From assembly GCA_963739305.1 (NCBI GenBank), contig CAVTZU010000001.1:11371-75370 (forward strand): a stretch of DNA of 64,000 nucleotides, given 5' to 3'. A program made the translations under genes and the position numbers. Source of the stretch: Candidatus Bathyarchaeota archaeon. Lineage in GTDB: Archaea > Thermoproteota > Bathyarchaeia > Bathyarchaeales > Bathycorpusculaceae. Position 1 is the stretch's first letter. Each line of letters starts with the position of its first letter. This document shows, one piece after another, positions 1 to 8,422 of this stretch. The notes under the pieces are model-generated. The model was not told the origin of the DNA and searched no databases. It was given only the letters and a program-made list of their open reading frames with translations.

Positions 1-2
1 CT

Positions 3-308
3 TTCAACGAAAGTACTGTTTCAGGAGGGAACACGTCGAATTTTCAGATTTTCAGTGCATATGGCTTGTGGCGTTTTAACTTTACCGTTCAGCAAGACCT
101 ATGGTTCAATATCATTCAGGTTGTTGGGTCAGAAATAATAGTTACGGGAACGTATCAGGCCACTTATACGGGAGAAATTGACCATGGTTCAGTCTACTAT
201 TTCGCATGCAGCGTCACAACTCCTTCGAGTCACTATATCGAGTTTCCAACGGGTAGCTTTGCAGGTAACTGGACAATGACAGTAGAAGAGCTTGATTTGC
301 TCCCTTAG
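3..308 (+). CDS. 5'-truncated hypothetical protein (beta-rich, probably extracellular)
   Basis: Frame is open from position 3 (FNESTVSGGNTSNF...) to TAG at 306-308; S/T/N/aromatic-rich with N-x-S/T sequons; start lies outside the window. Confidence 0.55.
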   Translation, partial: FNESTVSGGNTSNFQIFSAYGLWRFNFTVQQDLWFNIIQVVGSEIIVTGTYQATYTGEIDHGSVYYFACSVTTPSSHYIEFPTGSFAGNWTMTVEELDLLP

Positions 309-524
309 TCATCGATTTTTCTATTTATGAGCAATAGTTTCTACAGTCTAAGTCATGCCGTACAAAAGGCTCTAGTCAATTTGAAAGAGGAACATGAGAA
401 AAAGTAGCGCGCACTAGAAAACCAAATGCTCAAAATCATGAACCCACAACTGTTCTTGGAAGTTGACCGAAACCAATTAACCTTAAATCAAGCTTCTCCT
501 AATCCAAATTGCCCAAACAAAGTA

Positions 525-639
525 GCCGGGGTAGCCTAGCCTGGCCAGGGCGCCAGACTCATAATCTGGAGAACAAAAACGGGCCACAATGGCGCCTGAT
601 GTCCAGAAGTCGCGGGCTCGAATCCCGCCCCCGGCACCA
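525..639 (+). tRNA. tRNA-Met(CAT), elongator-type, with 37-nt non-canonical intron (572-608) and encoded CCA
   Basis: Acceptor GCCGGGG/CCCCGGC, A73, CCA 637-639; anticodon arm CCAGA-CTCATAA-TCTGG; T-arm GCGGG-CTCGAAT-CCCGC; removing 572-608 gives a canonical AGGTC variable loop; TTAAAT box at about 483-488. Confidence 0.9.
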
Positions 640-1068
640 ACCAACTTGCACAAGCGTGCGCTCAGATACAGCATTGGCGAGGGACCAGGGTAGTGTTTGT
701 CCAAAGTGACCTGCTGCAATCAGTGCCTCGCAGATATCAACTGCCCCGTCTGCCACCGCTGATCAAGAACAAACCGATTAGTTCTGTCACTTTCAACATG
801 CAAAATCAATCAGAAACCACCGCAAGGACGAACAATCACCCTAGCAAAAGCTCCACAAGCGGGGCTCTGCAAGAAAAAAAGACCGGGGGGTAGGGTCTTT
901 TAGACTGCTTTTCAATCATAATCCATGTTGACCAGTCCCTAACCGAGGACCAACGGTAGAAAGCAAAAACACCGGTTCAGTCGCTCCGAAACCAACTCCA
1001 CGACGTTTTCTGAACGCTCACTCACCTTGAGCCAGGATCGACCACGCGCGCGCGAACCTAAACGCCCA

Positions 1069-2256
1069 CTAAGCCCTCTCAAACACCGTACCGTTCCTCG
1101 TTGACAGCTCAAGCTGATCACCGAACCCTTTTTTCACGTAAGCGTTCCGAATAACTATCCTATCTCCAACGGTCATGTTTCCTGCAAATTCTGCGTGTTG
1201 TCGCCAAACGGACACCTGAATGCTGCCGGTCTCATCCTTGAGTTCAAAGGTTGTCAACTTCAGGTTCTCTCCCTTGCGGGTCTTCACGTCTCTCAGAACA
1301 GGACGTGTGACTACTTCTCCTTCGACGTTGACTTGATTCATACTCTCTTTCAGACCGGCAACACTGCAGATCTCCTCAACCTCAGTCAAGAGTCCGACGT
1401 AGCTGGATCCGTCAACATTGATCTCAGAACCCTCTCCAAGAGCTTTCCTGACCTTTCCATTCACGACTTGAATCTTGTCACCGACGTTCATCGACTTCTC
1501 CAGTTCGTCCACTTTTTCATCCCACGCGACCACAGCAATCTCGCCGCTTCCATCATCCACCGAGAACCGCATCACTTTTCCTTGAGTTGAATTCTCCCTT
1601 TCGAAAACAGACGACGGAAAAATCTTTCGCACCGTCGCTACGATGTTCACCCGCTTGTTTCTCAATTTCGGAGTAAGATCGGCAATTTTCTTTGAGAACC
1701 GCAAGATATTTGGATAATCTCTGTCATTCAAGCCCTCAAGGTTAGTTTCAATCATGCTTTTTTCTCCCAGGTGAAGTTCTGCTTTTCCGCCGGAATCTTC
1801 ACGTGTGTATCCATGGGAGAAACGAACGATTTGGCCAACCTTCACAATTCCGGATTCTATCAGATCTGTCTTATCGTTCCATAGAACGATTCTCAAAAGA
1901 TCGCCCTTGTCCGCGAGAAGAAGACTCGCAAACTTTCCTTGTTTTGCTCCCGAAAAGGTCTTCGTGGAGAAAATGGCGACGATGCGCCCAATGACGGCAA
2001 CGTCATTCAGGCCTGGAACCAAGTCTCTTATCATGAGAAGCGGCACCTCCACCTTGCCGTTGGGCAATTCACAGCCGAACTCTGCCGCGATCATTCTGAG
2101 AAGCGTTTCCTCCGAGATCAACCCCCCGGTCTTTTGCTTCTCTTTTTCAAGCCTCTTTAGAATCTCGTCTCTCGAAACCATCGGACAATCCGTCAAAATC
2201 CGATTAATCGTATCCTCTTTCACTTCTTTCTCAGACATCGTTAAAGTCGAAAACAA
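1069..2256 (-). CDS. rpa: Replication protein A / ssDNA-binding protein (N-terminal helical domain + 3 OB folds)
   Basis: Three OB-fold repeats with D-x-S/T-G-x-I-x-V-x-x-W-like motifs (ADKGDLLRIVLW, DDGSGEIAVVAW, DETGSIQVSVW). Confidence 0.88.
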   Translation of the reverse strand: MFSTLTMSEKEVKEDTINRILTDCPMVSRDEILKRLEKEKQKTGGLISEETLLRMIAAEFGCELPNGKVEVPLLMIRDLVPGLNDVAVIGRIVAIFSTKTFSGAKQGKFASLLLADKGDLLRIVLWNDKTDLIESGIVKVGQIVRFSHGYTREDSGGKAELHLGEKSMIETNLEGLNDRDYPNILRFSKKIADLTPKLRNKRVNIVATVRKIFPSSVFERENSTQGKVMRFSVDDGSGEIAVVAWDEKVDELEKSMNVGDKIQVVNGKVRKALGEGSEINVDGSSYVGLLTEVEEICSVAGLKESMNQVNVEGEVVTRPVLRDVKTRKGENLKLTTFELKDETGSIQVSVWRQHAEFAGNMTVGDRIVIRNAYVKKGFGDQLELSTRNGTVFERA

Positions 2257-2318
2257 ATGATCCTATAAGGCTTATTAAAACCCCCGATTCTTTTGCACTT
2301 GAGAGGAGCTCAAACCAG

Positions 2319-2582
2319 ATGGACATGAGCACACTGTATGATGTTGGCTTTTTCCTTGCAGCCACCGGAATAATCATCATAGTGGTCGCCGGACTTCTAA
2401 TTCTCCTCTCAGGCACCAAACGAAGAGCGCAGACGAGAGGAGCAGGCGTGATAATCATCGGTCCAATTCCGATAGTTTTCGGAACCGACAAAGAATCCGT
2501 AAAAAAGATTCTCATATTAGCGATAACTCTCAGTGTTATCATGATCATTTTGACGATCATAATTCATTTCATGTCCAAGTAA
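2319..2582 (+). CDS. DUF131/TIGR00304-family small membrane protein
   Basis: GAGVIIIGPIPIVFGT signature between two TM helices. Confidence 0.85.
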   Translation: MDMSTLYDVGFFLAATGIIIIVVAGLLILLSGTKRRAQTRGAGVIIIGPIPIVFGTDKESVKKILILAITLSVIMIILTIIIHFMSK

Positions 2583-2591
2583 GGGATTTAC

Positions 2592-2900
2592 ATGCCATCA
2601 GAGAATGATCGCGCGGCGGATTCAGAAAACCAGTTAAAAAGAGTGAATAGGCTCTTTGTTCTGTTGACTTTCGGATTCGCAGTCGCTATCTCGGGCGTGG
2701 TGATCCTGACGATTGCTGCAGTTTTCTCGAGCAGCAGTTCGACAAGTTCAGGCATAGTGATCTTTATCGGTCCTTTCCCGATTGTTTTCGGTAGTGGACC
2801 GGGGGCAGGTTGGCTGATCTTGATCTCAACCTTACTGGTGGCCCTGAGCATAATTATTTTCTATTTCATGAGAACGAATAAGAGCAGGACAACCGTTTAA
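2592..2900 (+). CDS. DUF131-family small membrane protein (paralogue)
   Basis: GIVIFIGPFPIVFGSG signature between two TM helices. Confidence 0.8.
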   Translation: MPSENDRAADSENQLKRVNRLFVLLTFGFAVAISGVVILTIAAVFSSSSSTSSGIVIFIGPFPIVFGSGPGAGWLILISTLLVALSIIIFYFMRTNKSRTTV

Positions 2901-3016
2901 TCCGGCGCGTCTTCTTCTTTGCCATAGAAAACGTGCAGGAATATCAATACCAGCACGATGAACGTGATGCCCATCAGAGTGTACTGGATGAGCTGGAAGT
3001 ACGGTCCTATGTCCAT
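2897..3016 (-). CDS. 39-aa single-pass membrane micro-protein
   Basis: MDIGPYFQLIQYTLMGITFIVLVLIFLHVFYGKEEDAPD; AAGGAG Shine-Dalgarno upstream of ATG 3016. Confidence 0.55.
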   Translation of the reverse strand: MDIGPYFQLIQYTLMGITFIVLVLIFLHVFYGKEEDAPD

Positions 3017-3056
3017 GAAACGTTCTCCTTTCGCAATCCTAACAGAATTGAAGTAT

Positions 3057-3467
3057 TTAAGCAGTAGCCTTTCTCCATTCATTCATCAATGAATCGAACA
3101 ATTCGTCGTGTTCTTCGACTGAGTCATGCCAGTCCAGATTCTTTGCAAGTTTCTGAGCAATGAGATGATAGCACAGATGGACTTTTCTGTCGAGAACTCG
3201 AAAGTAGAAATCATCACACATGCAGAATTCAGCTTCAGGCATTATCAGATAGTCCCGTTCGCGTCCGACCACGATCCAGACGGTTCGACCGCTGGGCTTA
3301 AAAGTGTACTTCTTGACGCGGTTTTCTTTCAGAGCTTCGAAAGCTCTCGTGAACCTTTGACCAAAGATCTCGTAGAGCTCTGTCAACCCTTTCCCCGTCA
3401 ACTTGCCATCGGCTTTTGCTTTCTTGCATATCGTGTTCAGAACGTCAATCTCCGACTTTTCGTCCAT
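3057..3467 (-). CDS. SWIM zinc-finger protein
   Basis: CxC...CxH (CMCDDFYF...CYH) SWIM motif; WIVVG motif typical of archaeal SWIM proteins. Confidence 0.85.
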   Translation of the reverse strand: MDEKSEIDVLNTICKKAKADGKLTGKGLTELYEIFGQRFTRAFEALKENRVKKYTFKPSGRTVWIVVGRERDYLIMPEAEFCMCDDFYFRVLDRKVHLCYHLIAQKLAKNLDWHDSVEEHDELFDSLMNEWRKATA

Positions 3468-3516
3468 GTGATCAGACTACCTTCATAATCAAGAGGAAAG
3501 CGGAAGAAGTAATGAC

Positions 3517-4116
3517 TCAGTCTAAGTGTATCGGTTGCCCCTTCGAGCTTGAGTCGCTCTCCAGCTTCGGGAAGGTTACTTCCAACACGCCGTTCTTGTA
3601 CCCCGTCTTTGCTTCCCTGACTTTCACTTTCGCTGGTAACTTGACCTCCTTGTAGTACTTTCTTTCAGACGTGTCGACCTCTATTGTCAAAGAGTCTTCC
3701 GTTCCAATCAGCTGTATATCCTTCTTTTCAACACCTGGTAACTCGGCAACGACATGCACCTCGCCGTCGGTCTCAACAAGGTCCACCAATGGTTCGCGCT
3801 CTTCCTGAACCTGGGGAAGCCCACCCCGCATCGGCTTAACGTTTCCAAACTCCCGAATCTCCGGCTTCCCATCTGGGCCTATCTTGACGCTCTGCCCGTA
3901 CACAAACGGTCCCCATTCACGAGCCGTCGAGCCGTCTGGCAGCTTGCGTTCCTTGACGTAGTCTTTAGGAATTCGAGACGTGAACTCCTTCAATTGCTCC
4001 TCCATCATCTTCTCCATGTCCTCAAACATCTTGTCGACTTCATCAAAACCCCAACTTTTGAAAAATGGGAAACGTCTCTTCTTTGACCATTCTGGAAAAT
4101 CATCTTCTGACGACAT
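3517..4116 (-). CDS. hsp20: Archaeal small heat-shock protein Hsp20
   Basis: GPFVYG..IGPDGKP..REFGN, EREPLVD, AELPGV, YKNGVLEV alpha-crystallin motifs. Confidence 0.95.
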   Translation of the reverse strand: MSSEDDFPEWSKKRRFPFFKSWGFDEVDKMFEDMEKMMEEQLKEFTSRIPKDYVKERKLPDGSTAREWGPFVYGQSVKIGPDGKPEIREFGNVKPMRGGLPQVQEEREPLVDLVETDGEVHVVAELPGVEKKDIQLIGTEDSLTIEVDTSERKYYKEVKLPAKVKVREAKTGYKNGVLEVTFPKLESDSSSKGQPIHLD

Positions 4117-4177
4117 AAACCCACCAAGCTATTTGTGAATAACGGCTTTCTATAAGTTTTGCGTTAAGCGATATCCG

Positions 4178-5023
4178 TCAACTAAGTGCTCTAAGCTGCT
4201 CGATCGTTCCAAGAAATGTTCCGTCCAAAAGATATGTTTCCGCGTTCTTGATGTCGACGGCCTCAGAGCGAAGTATTGGACCTGTCACCATTTTTGAATC
4301 CAGCTTGTGCGCTGATCTTTTTTCATTCAAGGGTCTGCCTCCGAGGAAATCATTGAAAGACGGCATTATGAAAAGCTGAGACGTCCTTGGCTTGACGTGG
4401 TAATTCTTGTACAAAGCGTCCTCGGCAGTGCTCGATATCTTGACCCTGTTTTTTCTGAGAAGCACCCTGGTGAGCTCTGCTGCGTTGCAGTTCATCTTGA
4501 CCCAGACCTGCCTGGAGACTCTGAAACCAGCTGGGTCACGAAAAACCACGACTGGATGAACATGCCCCATCACGATAGTTCTGCACCCGAGAAGACCTGG
4601 GGACGGCCATTGATGTCCATGGAAGAAACCAGTATCATTCACCGCGACGCCTGTAGCCGGCAGTGTCTTCACGTTTTCGGGAAGCAGGGGATCCAAGTTT
4701 CCATCATGATTGCCGCGAATCACCAGGATTTCGGGGACGTGTTTTCTTATTTCATTAAAAAACTCTGGCACATCTTGCCATTCAGTTTTCTCCGCCGTGG
4801 CAACAGTGTGCTTGATGTCTCCCAGAATCATTAGCTTTTCTGGCTTGTAAGTTGACAGCAGAGTCTTCAATTTACTCAAGAGTTTCGGCGTTTGGGTTGG
4901 AACGTGTATGCCTTCGTTTGAAAGCGCGATTTCCCATCCTATGTGAAGATCAGTGATGACCAGAATCCTTTCACCAGTGAACCTCATGAGTGCCGCCGCG
5001 TATGGTGGAAGAGGTGTTATCAT
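4178..5023 (-). CDS. Calcineurin-like metallophosphoesterase (ICC-like)
   Basis: DLHIG, GDIKH, GNHD, HGH, GHVHP motifs. Confidence 0.9.
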   Translation of the reverse strand: MITPLPPYAAALMRFTGERILVITDLHIGWEIALSNEGIHVPTQTPKLLSKLKTLLSTYKPEKLMILGDIKHTVATAEKTEWQDVPEFFNEIRKHVPEILVIRGNHDGNLDPLLPENVKTLPATGVAVNDTGFFHGHQWPSPGLLGCRTIVMGHVHPVVVFRDPAGFRVSRQVWVKMNCNAAELTRVLLRKNRVKISSTAEDALYKNYHVKPRTSQLFIMPSFNDFLGGRPLNEKRSAHKLDSKMVTGPILRSEAVDIKNAETYLLDGTFLGTIEQLRALS

Positions 5024-5859
5024 GCTGCTTCCTTTTCGAAGTTTATTAGCTTCATTATCCTCTTGAAGATCCCTTCGTTTGCAGCTGCTATGAACTCCAC
5101 CTTCCTTTTCGGATCAAGCTCAGCGCTCACAGGAGATCCATCGGGCGTAGACATTATCCCGCCCGCTTCGAGTATAATTAAATATGAAGCCGCAATATCC
5201 GTCGTCCTAAGTTTTCCTCTAATGTCCACGAAGGCGTCAATCGTACCATCTGCCACGTAGCACAATTCAAGAGCATTGGCTCCGAAATGGCGAAGGTGCA
5301 TTGCGACCGACATTAAGGCAGTGAGTTTTGGAACGAGCTTCTCGATCCTGAAGCTGTTGAGATCGATGCCTATGACTCCTTCTTCCACTGAAAGGTTTCG
5401 CGAAGGCACTATTCTACGATCGTTGCGAAAAGCCCCGCATCCCTTTTGCGCGGTGTACGTCGTCCCGTGCGATAGGTCTGCAACAAGACTAGCGTGTATC
5501 GCTGTGAGAAAAGGTTCAGAGGAAACCGCGATTGAAGTCGCGTAGAAAGGTGCACCCCTCATCAGGTTGGTGGTTCCATCTATAGGATCCGTTGTGACGT
5601 ACCATTTAGGAGAGGAAACACCATACTCCACGATTCCAGATTCTTCACTTATCAAAGTGAACTTGATTCCTTTTCTTTTCAGAGTGTCTACGATCGCTTT
5701 TTCCGCGGTCAGATCTATCATTTTAATGGGATCGCCACCTGCTCCAATGCCAAGATCTGGCTGCTGACTATCAAGAGTTCTGAGAAGTGGATTGATTTTC
5801 CTTTGCACGTTATCCTTGCACTCAATCAGGATTTTGACCCAGTCCATGTCGCCACGCAT
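5020..5859 (-). CDS. Inositol monophosphatase / FBPase (IMPase family)
   Basis: SEE, DPIDGTTN, DIAAS..I..EAGG motifs. Confidence 0.9.
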   Translation of the reverse strand: MRGDMDWVKILIECKDNVQRKINPLLRTLDSQQPDLGIGAGGDPIKMIDLTAEKAIVDTLKRKGIKFTLISEESGIVEYGVSSPKWYVTTDPIDGTTNLMRGAPFYATSIAVSSEPFLTAIHASLVADLSHGTTYTAQKGCGAFRNDRRIVPSRNLSVEEGVIGIDLNSFRIEKLVPKLTALMSVAMHLRHFGANALELCYVADGTIDAFVDIRGKLRTTDIAASYLIILEAGGIMSTPDGSPVSAELDPKRKVEFIAAANEGIFKRIMKLINFEKEAA

Positions 5860-5975
5860 TCTTCAGTGTTCTCCGTTGTTTCCTAACTATTGTTTTTGAT
5901 AAAGGCTTTGTCATCGATAACAATTTTCTAGAACTACGTTCTGAAACAACATATCAGAAATGCTATAAACAAGAT

Positions 5976-6230
5976 TTGAACAAAACCACTATCCTCCAGC
6001 GGGGAAATACAACGCGAACAAAAATAGCTAAGATACTTGACATCTTAGATGACGGGCAATGGCATTCCATTAAAGACATAAATCTTGCCGCGAAACTAAA
6101 TGACTCACAGTCCAAGGCAATAACCAAATTCCTCAGCTTCTATGATTTCATAAAGTTGGACGAAGAAAAGAAAAAAGTGAAACTCAAAGAAACCGCTCGA
6201 AAGTTCCTAACTCAAAGCGCTACCTCATAA
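5976..6230 (+). CDS. Small winged-helix protein
   Basis: ILDILDDGQWHSIKDI...FLSFYDFI pattern of a wHTH fold; TTG start uncertain. Confidence 0.55.
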   Translation: MNKTTILQRGNTTRTKIAKILDILDDGQWHSIKDINLAAKLNDSQSKAITKFLSFYDFIKLDEEKKKVKLKETARKFLTQSATS

Positions 6231-6516
6231 GGTCCTTCAAGCCCCTGTACGCTCGCAAAAACTCCCTTCCCTTGGGAGTAAGCTCAAAAAGTCTACCATC
6301 GGACCGCTCTTTTATCGTAACCATATGAAGAAGCCCACTGTCAAGCAGAAAATGCGAATAGTTCTTCAACTGCTTGAAACTCAAATTGCAGCGATACATC
6401 AGATAGGTCTTCTTGACGCCTCCATGAGAAGCATCTAAAATATCTGCGATTATGTCAAAGTTGCCTCGATGGTTATTAGTATTGTCGACCCTGCTGACCA
6501 TCAATTGACTCACCAT
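6220..6516 (-). CDS. Winged-helix transcription regulator (HTH_45/DUF4364-like)
   Basis: DIIADIL..KTYLMYRCNLS...L...GLL...LTPKGREFL pattern. Confidence 0.88.
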   Translation of the reverse strand: MVSQLMVSRVDNTNNHRGNFDIIADILDASHGGVKKTYLMYRCNLSFKQLKNYSHFLLDSGLLHMVTIKERSDGRLFELTPKGREFLRAYRGLKDLMR

Positions 6517-6652
6517 GCAGCCTTTCTGGCTGAAGGCTATTCGAACCCCTTTCTCCCAGATAGTAATAGGAATAGATCAATTTAAACGTTCTGAAAAAAG
6601 CGAAGCTTGGAGAATATTGAATCAAATGCGTAAAAAAAGGGGCGATTGAATC

Positions 6653-7066
6653 CTAAACCGCATGGATTCTCTTTCTGACTTTTTCGACGTCGGCGTTCTT
6701 TTCCATGAAGACACTTATCTTATTTTCGTCAACAGCCACAGACAACATTGTGAGGTTTTTTCCGTTCACGGTTATGTTTTTGAGGTTACCCAACTCGAAG
6801 AGCTGCGAGAATTCTTCAGTTGCATCGAATACAGTCGAGGACAGAATAGCGTAATCTATTATTTTCGCAGGATCCTTCAAGTCAATTGACGCCGAAGTAG
6901 TGTTCCTCATAATGTAGCCCATTACGCCGTCGTAGTTCTTGATTTCTTCCAAGCTTGTGCGAAGTCTGTCGTCCGAAACGACCGACTCGACGGCGACAGG
7001 TTCTTCCGTAATCACGGTTTCTTCAGTTTCTTTTCTTTTCTTGACCATAAATACGTAAACCTCCAT
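6653..7066 (-). CDS. Roadblock/LC7 (MglB/LAMTOR-like) domain protein
   Basis: LEEIKNYDGVMGYI...SQLFELGNLKNITVNG...ISVFM alpha-beta-beta-alpha-beta-beta-beta pattern; TAATG overlap with upstream gene. Confidence 0.75.
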   Translation of the reverse strand: MEVYVFMVKKRKETEETVITEEPVAVESVVSDDRLRTSLEEIKNYDGVMGYIMRNTTSASIDLKDPAKIIDYAILSSTVFDATEEFSQLFELGNLKNITVNGKNLTMLSVAVDENKISVFMEKNADVEKVRKRIHAV

Positions 7067-7905
7067 TATTCGACTGCTGGCTTGACCCTCACAAGCTCGC
7101 CTTTCTTGATGTCCAAGACAAGCTGCAACTTTCCTGGTATCTGGATTTTTCCTTGTCCCTCAAGCTTTCCATCCTTTATAGGCTTGACCTTGCACCGAAG
7201 CGATTTGCCAGTAAACGTTTCAACGTCAGCCTCTTCAAGATTTCGACCTTCATACAGTTCCTTCCATTGATCCATCACGCTGTTGTCAATGCGCACGGTA
7301 TCCGAAGGCGTAAGCAGCCCCTTGATGTCTTCCACAATGAACTGATTGACTGGTGGTTCCGGAAGTGAAGTCTCTACCTTTTGCTCAGGTTCCGATTTGT
7401 CTTCAGGCTTTTCAGCCTCAATCTCCTCGGCAGAAGTCTCCATCGCCTTTTCTGTCTCTTCGACCACGGAAGTTTCCAGTTCTGACTCGAGCCTACTTGG
7501 GTCTCTGCGATTAGAGACAGGGCCGAGTTTCTCGACGATGTTGAAGACTGTCGGAAAAAGGACATGAGTCAAAACGTTCAAGGTGTTCATGTTGACTTTC
7601 TTTGATGCGACCGTTACAAGATAGATTTCCTGTACGTAGGAAACGTTTACCACTCCATCGACGCCTTCAATCGTAAAGTCTTCAGCTCCGCCTAAGACTT
7701 CAGCCTTCTCTAGCACTTCTCGAAAAAGTTCTACTGCGCGAGCAAGAGTGTCCTCAGGAGTATTCGCTCCTCGCGTTATCAACTCACGATTTCCATCGAG
7801 CGCGAACGCAGCCTTAACCTCTGGACAGGTTTTCTGGATCTCGTCCAAAGTATTCTGTAAAGTAAAAGATAGGAATTCGCTGTCCATCTGCTTTTCACTT
7901 CGCAT
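7066..7905 (-). CDS. Roadblock/LC7 domain + acidic linker + C-terminal double-psi-beta-barrel (CDC48-N-like) protein
   Basis: N-term LDEIQKTCPEVKAAFALD...LGGAEDFTIEG...YLVTV; E/K/P-rich linker; C-term TVRID...GQGKIQIP..LQ..LDIKKGELVRVKP. Confidence 0.65.
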   Translation of the reverse strand: MRSEKQMDSEFLSFTLQNTLDEIQKTCPEVKAAFALDGNRELITRGANTPEDTLARAVELFREVLEKAEVLGGAEDFTIEGVDGVVNVSYVQEIYLVTVASKKVNMNTLNVLTHVLFPTVFNIVEKLGPVSNRRDPSRLESELETSVVEETEKAMETSAEEIEAEKPEDKSEPEQKVETSLPEPPVNQFIVEDIKGLLTPSDTVRIDNSVMDQWKELYEGRNLEEADVETFTGKSLRCKVKPIKDGKLEGQGKIQIPGKLQLVLDIKKGELVRVKPAVE

Positions 7906-7911
7906 CGTGGC

Positions 7912-8337
7912 CTATGATATTCTGAAGAGTATTCGCTCAGGGACTCCGTCGTTCTCAACCACAAGATACTTTAGACCTTCAGTGTCTCCCAGTTGATCCA
8001 GCCATTTCAAAGCTTCACGAGCTTTCTGCAGAACCAGGAGCCTTTCCTGATGGCTGCGGACAACCTGCTCTATCGCTGTCAACTCGTGGAATGGGTTGGC
8101 GTCCAGAACTATGCTCAAACTGCCGATCGAGATTTCACCCAAGCTTTCGGAAGTTGCCTTCTTTCCCGCGAGTTTCATGACCACTTCATGGATTTTCTTT
8201 GATTTTTCAGCCAAAGCTCTGATGTCATCTAATCGACGCAGGTATTCTCCTAGCGAACTTTTTGTTTCAGAGATTTCCTTATCTAACGTTTCGGCGATAT
8301 CTGTTGCTGAACCATACTCTTTTATTTCAATTGCCAT
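7912..8337 (-). CDS. Hypothetical helix-beta-hairpin-helix (coiled-coil) protein
   Basis: Two long heptad-rich helices separated by EISIGSLSIVLD; GGAGGTG SD; 6 nt from next gene. Confidence 0.8.
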   Translation of the reverse strand: MAIEIKEYGSATDIAETLDKEISETKSSLGEYLRRLDDIRALAEKSKKIHEVVMKLAGKKATSESLGEISIGSLSIVLDANPFHELTAIEQVVRSHQERLLVLQKAREALKWLDQLGDTEGLKYLVVENDGVPERILFRIS

Positions 8338-8363
8338 TCATTACACCTCCAGATTCGAAACAA

Positions 8364-8386
8364 AGGGAAATTGGGGAAATTTTCCT
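8364..8386 (-). terminator. Imperfect hairpin followed by a T-rich tract between pilin and downstream genes
   Basis: Minus strand AGGAAAATT-TCCCC-AATTTCCCT-TTGTTT. Confidence 0.3.
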
Positions 8387-8422
8387 CACCCTACCCCCGA
8401 TTTCTAATTTGCAAAGGGGAAA

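Noticed and set aside
354-490. Helical-looking frame HAVQKALVNLKEEHEKK*RALENQMLK...
   Set aside because: Possible gene relic, but it has no start, an internal stop and no identifiable family
572-608. CTGA in the tRNA intron as a possible C/D box guide
   Set aside because: No RTGATGA C box, and the intron is too short
483-893. Short ORFs 483-719, 509-709, 559-756 and 693-893
   Set aside because: Most overlap the tRNA-Met gene and none has a recognisable motif; treated as spurious
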